A DNA stretch of 64,000 nucleotides from Lachnospiraceae bacterium (lineage in GTDB: Bacteria; Bacillota; Clostridia; Lachnospirales; Lachnospiraceae): positions 14,591-78,590 of the forward strand of contig JAZQNB010000023.1 of assembly GCA_045627085.1 (NCBI GenBank). Reading direction: 5' to 3'. Position numbers and translations under genes: made by a program. Within the stretch, counting starts at the first letter, position 1. Every line of letters begins with the position of its first letter. Positions 56,700 to 63,534 of the stretch are shown piece after piece. Under the pieces are notes generated by a model. It was not told where the DNA came from, made no database searches, and worked only from the letters and a program-made list of their open reading frames with translations.

Positions 56700-56951
56700 A
56701 TGAAGCATTTAGGTAAAAAAAGACAGGCCATATTACAGTCAATTGAAGCTTATGCTACATGCAGTCCTTCAACAGGCTGTGACTCAGACTTCTTATGTAA
56801 GTGTAATTGTATTCATCATCAATCCAGCGCAAGTATGGCTCCTCCGCAAACAACTAATTGCAGAATGGAGGATTCAGCATATTGGGCAGATTATATTAAG
56901 CATAATGGTAATTATGCACCATATAACTATGCTTGCGTAAGAGGACATTAA
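56700..56951 (+). CDS. RiPP precursor peptide, Cys-rich, paralog 3 (83 aa)
   Basis: MKHLGKKRQAILQSIEAYATCSPSTGCDSDFLCKCNCIHHQSSASMAPPQTTNCRMEDSAYWADYIKHNGNYAPYNYACVRGH. Has 7 Cys at the same positions. Confidence 0.8.
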   Translation: MKHLGKKRQAILQSIEAYATCSPSTGCDSDFLCKCNCIHHQSSASMAPPQTTNCRMEDSAYWADYIKHNGNYAPYNYACVRGH

Positions 56952-56975
56952 AAAATTGTTTTTGGGCGGCGATTT

Positions 56976-56999
56976 ATCCGAGGCGGTAATTGCTCGGAT
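56976..56999 (+). terminator. Small hairpin between the precursor genes and the maturase gene (possible partial terminator or processing site)
   Basis: atccgag / ctcggat form a 7-bp stem with a 10-nt loop. There is no clear U-tail, so this is weak. Confidence 0.3.
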
Positions 57000-57023
57000 T
57001 ATTAAAAAGAAAAGGAGACAGTT

Positions 57024-58463
57024 ATGGAATGTAACAAACCAAATATTCACTTGTTCAGAACTTTGGGGGGATTCTATTTTTACGATGTAAACACATCAGG
57101 AATAGTAAGGGTAAATGAAAGCATTTATAATCTGTTAAAAGAAAACAGGGAGCCGGACAATGAAGAGGATGCAAAGAAGCTTGATATCCTTAAGAAGAAT
57201 GGTTTTTTGCTGGACAGATATCCGGATGAAATAAAACATCCGCAGACAGATTATATTGAAGATATATTAAATGACAGTATTGAAATGATAACATTGCAGG
57301 TTACGCAACAGTGCAATTTCAGATGTGAGTACTGCCCATATACTTTGGGAAAAGGGGACAGAAAACATTCAAATAAGAGGATGGATTTTGAAACTGCTAA
57401 AAGCGGAATTGATTTCTTCCTTTCACACTCGGGTAATGTTGATACTCCTGTTATCGGCTTTTATGGTGGAGAGCCTTTGCTGGAATTTAATATGATAAAA
57501 GACATCATAGAATATGCAGAGAAAAAAGCCGGAGGGAAACATCTGGGATTTACGTTTACAACAAACGGAAGCATGCTTACCGATGATAAAATCGAATATT
57601 TTATAGAGCATCAGGTAGTTGTAATGATAAGTCTGGACGGTCCTAAGGAGATTCAGGACAAAAACAGAAAGCTGGCCGGAAGCGGACAGGGTTCTTTTGA
57701 AAAAGTAATGGAAAACGTAATGCATCTGTATGAGAAATACCCGGATTATGTGAAGACGAACATTCAGTTTAATTCAGTAATAGATCCTGTAAACAATTTC
57801 GGATGCTTTAATGAATTCTTTATCAACGCAGAGGCCATTAACAATTCAAGCCTGTTAAAGACACAGGTATTGGAGAGCAAATACACTGACTATCATACTC
57901 AGGAAGCCAGAGAATTCTTTACGGCAAGAGAGGCTGAAATATGCAAGCTCTTCTTGTCAAAGCTTGGTAGATTTGATGAGGAAAAGGTTTCACCGCTTGT
58001 CAAACTCCAGTTTGATGAAATGATGGATAAATTCCATGGGAAAAGAAAACCGACGAACATGTTGCCGCTGGTTTCACATCCTTCAGGTCCGTGTGTTCCC
58101 GGAAGTGCAAGAATTTTCCTTAGCACAGACGGAGATTTCTTACCCTGTGAAAAGGTATCTGAAACATCCAAGGCTTTTGTAATCGGAAACATAGATACAG
58201 GTATTGACTTCGAAGCAGCAAAGAGGATGCTTAATATCAGTTCCATCATTGGAGAAACCTGTAAGAAATGTTGGGCATTTACCCAATGTGTATGCTGTGC
58301 TAACGGCTGTGAAGAGGGCGATGAGTTTTCACCCAAAAAGAAGCTTTCCGACTGTCAGTCAGTACGCGCTTTTATTGAAGAAGAAATGATCAATTATTGT
58401 ACACTTAAGGAGTTAGGCTGTGATTACACAGGCTACGGCTTTGACAATTATTTTGAAATATAG
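57024..58463 (+). CDS. Radical SAM / SPASM-domain peptide maturase with N-terminal RRE-like domain
   Basis: 'QQCNFRCEYCPY' (CxxxCxxC). 'GFYGGEPLL' (SAM-binding GGE). C-terminal auxiliary-cluster cysteines 'GPCVPGSARIFLSTDGDFLPCEK' (C..Gx4C) and 'CKKCWAFTQCVCCANGC'. The N-terminal ~85 aa 'GGFYFYDVNTSGIVRVNESIYNLLK' is typical of peptide-binding RRE modules of such maturases. Confidence 0.9.
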   Translation: MECNKPNIHLFRTLGGFYFYDVNTSGIVRVNESIYNLLKENREPDNEEDAKKLDILKKNGFLLDRYPDEIKHPQTDYIEDILNDSIEMITLQVTQQCNFRCEYCPYTLGKGDRKHSNKRMDFETAKSGIDFFLSHSGNVDTPVIGFYGGEPLLEFNMIKDIIEYAEKKAGGKHLGFTFTTNGSMLTDDKIEYFIEHQVVVMISLDGPKEIQDKNRKLAGSGQGSFEKVMENVMHLYEKYPDYVKTNIQFNSVIDPVNNFGCFNEFFINAEAINNSSLLKTQVLESKYTDYHTQEAREFFTAREAEICKLFLSKLGRFDEEKVSPLVKLQFDEMMDKFHGKRKPTNMLPLVSHPSGPCVPGSARIFLSTDGDFLPCEKVSETSKAFVIGNIDTGIDFEAAKRMLNISSIIGETCKKCWAFTQCVCCANGCEEGDEFSPKKKLSDCQSVRAFIEEEMINYCTLKELGCDYTGYGFDNYFEI

Positions 58464-58473
58464 GAGGCAGAGA

Positions 58474-59607
58474 ATGAGTTTATCGGGAAAAATTACGGTG
58501 TATCCTTACGACAGTGCGTTTACACCTATAGTAAGACACAAGACTTTACTTGGGGAACTTGAAATTGCTCATTTGGTTTCTCCTTTTTCCTTTGGTTATT
58601 GCGGAAAAGATGCAGGAGCTGCAGACCGCGGACCGGACACGGGATTGATTGTAGAGGAAGACTTTTCAGAGTGTATTAAGGACAGCGATTATGTACTGTT
58701 TGTACCTACTGAAGTAAAGTATGATTACGAGCAAATGATTGTTCCAAAGCTCGAGGAAGCTATAAATGCAGGCAAAAACATTATCATGTCGATTAAGCTT
58801 GCCAAAGAAAGATGTGATGAAATCAGCAGAAAATGTGAAGAAAAGAACACTTTATTCTATTACCTCAGATTAAAAGACTGGGAAAGTATTAAGCTTGATC
58901 CACCGGAATTATCTTCACACAGATTAAACAGAATAGATACACCCGTTGTATTTGTAATGGGAGACGGTGAAAGAACAGGAAAATTTGAGACACAGTTAGC
59001 ACTCAGAGAATTTTTCCTGAAAGAAGGCTACAAGGTAAGCCAGATAGGCTCCAGAGATTATTGCGAGTTGCTTGGATTCAGGTCTGCTCCGGGATTTCTT
59101 TTCGAGCCCAGGCTTGAAATGGAGAAAATCTTCCTATTCAATGAGTATGTAAAGAATATTGAGCTTTATGAAAAGCCGGATGTTATTATCATTGGTATTC
59201 CCGGTTCAATTATGGCATTAAACAAGAGTAATTCAACATATTGCGGAATTACGGCATTCGAGATATCAAATGCAATATCACCTGATGCGACAGTATTTTG
59301 CATGTACGATATCAGCTGGGATATTAAGTACTATGAGGAGCTTAAGCAGGTAATGAAGCATAAATTCGGATTTGAACCTGATGCTTTTGTAATGAGCAAC
59401 ACCAGGATAGACTGGATGGGTATGGCCGAGAAACGAAACAGAATGTATATTTTTACTCTTGCAGAAGAAAAAGTGAATGCACATAGAAATATGCTTCAGA
59501 TGCACGGAATAGAAGCGGTTAATATTCTGGATGCTACAGATGCACGGAAAATGTGTGAGACAGTAGAGGACAAACTTGCTTCATATGCCGATGTCGACAG
59601 CTTTTAG
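58474..59607 (+). CDS. Peptide-maturation partner protein of unknown function (two Rossmann-like halves; P-loop-like 'GDGERTGK')
   Basis: 377 aa. ATG 58474 lies 7 nt after AGGAGG; the ORF is open from 58420. I recognise no catalytic family. Tightly packed between the rSAM and ACP-like genes. Confidence 0.7.
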   Translation: MSLSGKITVYPYDSAFTPIVRHKTLLGELEIAHLVSPFSFGYCGKDAGAADRGPDTGLIVEEDFSECIKDSDYVLFVPTEVKYDYEQMIVPKLEEAINAGKNIIMSIKLAKERCDEISRKCEEKNTLFYYLRLKDWESIKLDPPELSSHRLNRIDTPVVFVMGDGERTGKFETQLALREFFLKEGYKVSQIGSRDYCELLGFRSAPGFLFEPRLEMEKIFLFNEYVKNIELYEKPDVIIIGIPGSIMALNKSNSTYCGITAFEISNAISPDATVFCMYDISWDIKYYEELKQVMKHKFGFEPDAFVMSNTRIDWMGMAEKRNRMYIFTLAEEKVNAHRNMLQMHGIEAVNILDATDARKMCETVEDKLASYADVDSF

Positions 59608-59620
59608 GAGGAAATGACAA

Positions 59621-59869
59621 ATGAGTGTTTACGAAAGATTACGAAAGGTTTTTTTACAGAGAACAGAACTGGATTTAGATAATGTTATCGACCCCTATAA
59701 CAACTTGTCATTACATGACCCATTGTTTAATTTTTCCGCTTCTGATATGCTGTATATATTCTTTGACGTGGAAAAAGAATTTGGTATTACAATACCTGAA
59801 GAAGCTATAGAGAAGAATGAAATCTTTACCATAAACGGGTTGATTAAAACAATTACGGAGCAAATGTAA
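59621..59869 (+). CDS. Acyl-carrier-protein-like small protein
   Basis: 82 aa. '..FNFSASDMLYIFFDVEKEFGITIPEEAIEK..' aligns with ACP helix II/III ('[27 protein letters not shown]'). The canonical D-S-L is replaced by S-A-S-D-M-L. Confidence 0.65.
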   Translation: MSVYERLRKVFLQRTELDLDNVIDPYNNLSLHDPLFNFSASDMLYIFFDVEKEFGITIPEEAIEKNEIFTINGLIKTITEQM

Positions 59870-61689
59870 TGAAGAAAATTCTTTCGAAAATGAGTGGAAT
59901 CGGAAAAAGCATAGAGTTTGGCATGAGAGTATCTTTGGAAGCCTCAAAGCATTTAATGGTACAAAGAGTGTTGTATCAGTTGCTTTTGGCTGCAATACCC
60001 TCCTGTACGGCGTACCTTACCAAGCTTTTACTCGACACTCTGTCCGAAAGCAGTAATATTAAGGCATTTCGCCCCGTCATACTGCTCCTTGCAGCTTATT
60101 TCGTATTAAGAGTGTTGCAGGAGGTGATTTCAAAACTGTCTGAAAGCACTTCCGCTCTTCATCAGGATAAAATCAGCAACATGATAGATGTGAAGCTTAT
60201 GAGTCAGAGCAACCGACTGGATATTTCCTATTTCGATTCGCCCGAATGCTACGATGAAGCATATAATGCCAGGATTGATTCCGGAGCACTTAGTGTAATG
60301 ACATGGAGCATTATTAGTATGCTGGGAAGCTTTCTCAGCTTTATTATTGCTCTGGTTGTCATGCTAAAATGCAATGTAATATTTACAATTGTTCTCATAG
60401 CACTCAGCATACCTTCTGTCATAGTAGAAAGAAATTATTCTCAGAAGATGTATAATTGGAGCAGAGAATGCGCACCGATTTTTAGGAAAATGGGTTATCT
60501 TTCATCGATTGCCACAGACAGAGGGTTTGCAAAAGACATCCGTATATTTGGAATATATGACTACATAAGGGAGAAACATCAGAATTTATGGGCTGCGTGG
60601 TACACAGAAAAGAAAGAGTGGACTCTTAAGAAGCTGTTAATAGTAACACTTATTTCGATTCTGCCGGAAATCGGCATCCTGGGCATTCTGATATATGTAT
60701 GCTATCAAATATGGCAGGGTAGCATGAGCATAGGAGATTTCACCTTTGTTTCCGGTATGACCTTCCAACTGATAGGGGCTGTTTGGACAATGATTTACGG
60801 TCTTGTTCAAATATATGAGAATAATTTAAAAATAACAAATTACTCCAAATTCCTTAGCAGAGAAGCCTTGGTTAAGAACGATGGAACCCTTGAACCGTCA
60901 GAACATCCCCAAATTGAATTTAAGGATGTTTCCTTCAGGTATCCGTCCACAGATAATTATGTGTTAAAAAATGTCAGTTTTAATATAAAGCCGGGAGAAA
61001 AGATAGCATTTGTAGGTGAAAACGGATCCGGAAAAACTACAATTGTGAAGCTGTTACTGCGACTTTATGATGTCACCGAAGGTGCTATTATGATTGACGG
61101 TGTCAACATAAAGGACATGGAGCTTAATAAATTACGCAGAATGTATTCAGTGATGTTCCAGGATTATAATCAATATGCCTTCTCCGTGGATGAAAACATC
61201 AGACTTTCAGATATTAATGATACGGATTATGAACAAAAGCTGAAGGAATCAAAAGAATATTTTGAAATTGATAAACTGTGCAAAAAGCATAACATTACGG
61301 GCGATACATATTTAACCAGACAATTTGAAGAAAACGGAGTTGAACTCTCCGGAGGTGAATGGCAAAAAATAGCTCTTGCGAGGGCATATTTTAAACGAGG
61401 CTCCATGCTGATACTCGATGAGCCCAATGCAGCGTTGGACCCCGCGGCCGAAGACAGAGTATTTAAAAGCATTACCTCGTTATATGCAGAAAACAGTGCC
61501 ATATTAATTTCACACAGATTATCAAATGTGATTATGGCAGACAGGATTTTTTATATAGAAAACGGGACTATTACAGAGTCAGGCAGTCATGATGAATTGT
61601 TAAAAAGCAAAGGCGGCTATGCCAGACTGTTCAATTTGCAGGCAGAGAAATACGTAAGGAGTTTAAATGAGAATTGCGATAATAGATGA
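59869..61689 (+). CDS. ABC exporter (fused TMD-NBD, type I exporter; no N-terminal C39 peptidase domain)
   Basis: 606 aa. Six-TM N-terminal half. Walker A 'GENGSGKTT', signature 'LSGGEWQKIALARA', Walker B 'MLILDEP'. Its start overlaps the ACP-like stop (TAATG). Confidence 0.9.
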   Translation: MKKILSKMSGIGKSIEFGMRVSLEASKHLMVQRVLYQLLLAAIPSCTAYLTKLLLDTLSESSNIKAFRPVILLLAAYFVLRVLQEVISKLSESTSALHQDKISNMIDVKLMSQSNRLDISYFDSPECYDEAYNARIDSGALSVMTWSIISMLGSFLSFIIALVVMLKCNVIFTIVLIALSIPSVIVERNYSQKMYNWSRECAPIFRKMGYLSSIATDRGFAKDIRIFGIYDYIREKHQNLWAAWYTEKKEWTLKKLLIVTLISILPEIGILGILIYVCYQIWQGSMSIGDFTFVSGMTFQLIGAVWTMIYGLVQIYENNLKITNYSKFLSREALVKNDGTLEPSEHPQIEFKDVSFRYPSTDNYVLKNVSFNIKPGEKIAFVGENGSGKTTIVKLLLRLYDVTEGAIMIDGVNIKDMELNKLRRMYSVMFQDYNQYAFSVDENIRLSDINDTDYEQKLKESKEYFEIDKLCKKHNITGDTYLTRQFEENGVELSGGEWQKIALARAYFKRGSMLILDEPNAALDPAAEDRVFKSITSLYAENSAILISHRLSNVIMADRIFYIENGTITESGSHDELLKSKGGYARLFNLQAEKYVRSLNENCDNR

Positions 61690-62293
61690 TGGTGTAAATC
61701 CCGAATACATTGCGAACAATGCAGTAGTTCTGTCGGTGAAAGTGGATGACGATCGACAAGTAGTTCAGACCGTTTACGACAGCGACAGACCGATTTCACA
61801 TGGAACGATATGTGCAATGATAATCGATAAATACTGCAGGGATGTTAATTTGGTCAGTATAAAGGTCCTGGATGAAAAGACCGACCGCGGAGAACTGTAC
61901 CGACTCATAAACGCAATTGACTGGTGTTCCCAAAATGATATTCAAATCATTAATTTGAGTTTGGGCTCAACATATCCAAAAGATTTTAAATTTATAAAAA
62001 AGGCAGTGAAACGAGCCATAAAGAATAATATTACCATTGTGGCGGCCACCGCAAATCGAAATGAAAAGGCATATCCTGCCTGCATGAAAAAAGTCATCGG
62101 CGTAAGAAAAAAGGAAGCTTTGCCATTTGAACAAACAGGCAGACAGTCCGGGATAGATGTAGAAGAACAATCAGTTCATCTTCTGAATTTGCCGGATGGT
62201 AATTCCTTTATGACACCGCCATCCAACAGCTTTGCCGCCGCATATGTTACGGCACTTACGGTAAATGAAAGCATTATAAATGGAAAAGCATAA
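61667..62293 (+). CDS. Minimal S8 (subtilisin-like) peptidase, cytoplasmic (no signal peptide), 208 aa
   Basis: Asp 'IAIIDDGV', His 'SHGTICA', oxyanion 'NLSLG', Ser context 'SNSFAAAYV' (compare GTSxAAPxV). Overlaps the ABC gene by 23 nt. RBS AAGGAG. Confidence 0.7.
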   Translation: MRIAIIDDGVNPEYIANNAVVLSVKVDDDRQVVQTVYDSDRPISHGTICAMIIDKYCRDVNLVSIKVLDEKTDRGELYRLINAIDWCSQNDIQIINLSLGSTYPKDFKFIKKAVKRAIKNNITIVAATANRNEKAYPACMKKVIGVRKKEALPFEQTGRQSGIDVEEQSVHLLNLPDGNSFMTPPSNSFAAAYVTALTVNESIINGKA

Positions 62294-62323
62294 CAGTGAA
62301 AATTGTTATGCTTTTCTTTTTTT
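62284..62323 (+). terminator. Rho-independent terminator closing the RiPP operon
   Basis: aaaagcataaca / tgttatgctttt stem with an 8-nt loop, followed by ttttcttttttt. The stop codon lies within the stem. Confidence 0.7.
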
Positions 62324-62357
62324 ATTTGGAGTGGTGAAGTCGGGTATTTTTCTGATG

Positions 62358-62393
62358 TTACCGGAATACAAGCTTTCACATCCATTCCGGTAA
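62358..62393 (+). other. Perfect 10-bp stem-loop in the intergenic region
   Basis: ttaccggaat / attccggtaa with a 16-nt loop and no U-tail. Function unknown. Confidence 0.3.
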
Positions 62394-62553
62394 TGTTTGG
62401 GCTGCATACTTTCTGTGAGTTATTTTATGCACAAAAATAAACAAAAACTAACATCACTGACAATTTAGTTAGTATAGTTAAACAACTATAATCAAAATTA
62501 AGTTAAATGAATTAATTGGTGTTTTATATAGAGAGTTTGACAGGAGAATACTA

Positions 62554-63507
62554 ATGGCAAAAGTTAAGAATAAATCAACAATGATAACTGCCGGAAGAAA
62601 AAAAACATTTTTATTGTCTACCATGGTATTACCGGGTGTAATCTGGTTGCTGCTGGTCAGATACCTTCCTATGTTTGGCATTGTAATTGCTTTTCAGGAT
62701 TATAAAATTTTTTATAAAAATCCCAGTGTTATTAATAACGTGTTACATAGTAAATTTGTGGGATTACATAATTTTGAGTTTCTGTTTAAAACATCAGATT
62801 CATGGATAATGGTCAGAAACACTTTACTTTATAATATAGTGTTTATTTTATTGGGATTAGTTATTTCGGTTACCTTCGCAATAATGATTAATGAGATTAC
62901 TTCCAAGTTTATGGCGAAGGCATATCAGACGATGATGTTTTTCCCATATTTTATGAGTTGGGTAGTCGCGTCATATTTCTTAAATGCTTTTTTGGATCCG
63001 ACAAATGGATTGATTCCTACATTGCAGGCCGGTGCCGGTAAAACACCTACTGATTTCTATAATACATTGGCACCGTGGCCGTTTTTACTGGTGTTGTGTA
63101 ATGTTTGGAAACAAACAGGATATTCGACAATACTTTATCTGGCAGCTATTACCGGTATCGATGCTTCACAATATGAGGCAGCTGCAATTGACGGAGCCAG
63201 CAAATGGCAACAGGTAAAGTACGTTACATTACCCCATTTAAAGCAAATGATTATCATTTTATTTATTATGAATGTTGGCAAGATATTCAATTCTGACTTT
63301 GGATTATTCTTTACAGTACCTAATCAGTCAGGAACCTTAATTCCTGTAACACAGACAATTGATACATATGTTTATCGTGGCTTAACTTCGATTTCATACG
63401 GTATGAATACTGCGGCCGGATTATTACAGAACATAGTCGGTTTTATTGTAATCATGATAGCTAATTCTATAGTAACAAAGATTGAACCGGAAAGTGCATT
63501 GTTCTGA
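62554..63507 (+). CDS. Carbohydrate ABC transporter permease (LplB/MalF-like)
   Basis: EAA loop 'QYEAAAIDGASKWQQVKYVTLPHLK'. Six TM segments. RBS CAGGAG. Confidence 0.85.
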   Translation: MAKVKNKSTMITAGRKKTFLLSTMVLPGVIWLLLVRYLPMFGIVIAFQDYKIFYKNPSVINNVLHSKFVGLHNFEFLFKTSDSWIMVRNTLLYNIVFILLGLVISVTFAIMINEITSKFMAKAYQTMMFFPYFMSWVVASYFLNAFLDPTNGLIPTLQAGAGKTPTDFYNTLAPWPFLLVLCNVWKQTGYSTILYLAAITGIDASQYEAAAIDGASKWQQVKYVTLPHLKQMIIILFIMNVGKIFNSDFGLFFTVPNQSGTLIPVTQTIDTYVYRGLTSISYGMNTAAGLLQNIVGFIVIMIANSIVTKIEPESALF

Positions 63508-63534
63508 CAGCTTAGTGGATGAAAGGAAAAACTT

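Larger units (their letters stand above)
56139..56951 (+). repeat. Tandem triplication (~270-290 bp unit) encoding three paralogous small Cys-rich peptides
   Basis: Copies 1 and 2 share identical 29-nt (56199-56227 = 56488-56516) and 32-nt (56319-56350 = 56596-56627) blocks. Copy 3 is more diverged. Each unit has its own RBS. Confidence 0.85.

Noticed and set aside
56182-56940. Alternate-frame ORFs 56182-56406, 56471-56698 and 56743-56940 (65-75 aa) nested in the three precursor genes
   Set aside because: They are +1-frame shadows that repeat only because the underlying DNA is triplicated. They have no RBS, and their sequences are low-complexity and poorly conserved compared with the Cys-rich frame.
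56106-56971. GC-rich 8-mers cgccgccc (56106-56113) and gggcggcg (56964-56971) forming an inverted pair flanking the three precursor genes, both preceded by tttttggg
   Set aside because: At only 8 bp it could be chance. No recombinase or invertase gene is nearby. It is noted in case the precursor cassette turns out to be invertible or mobile, but the evidence is too thin.
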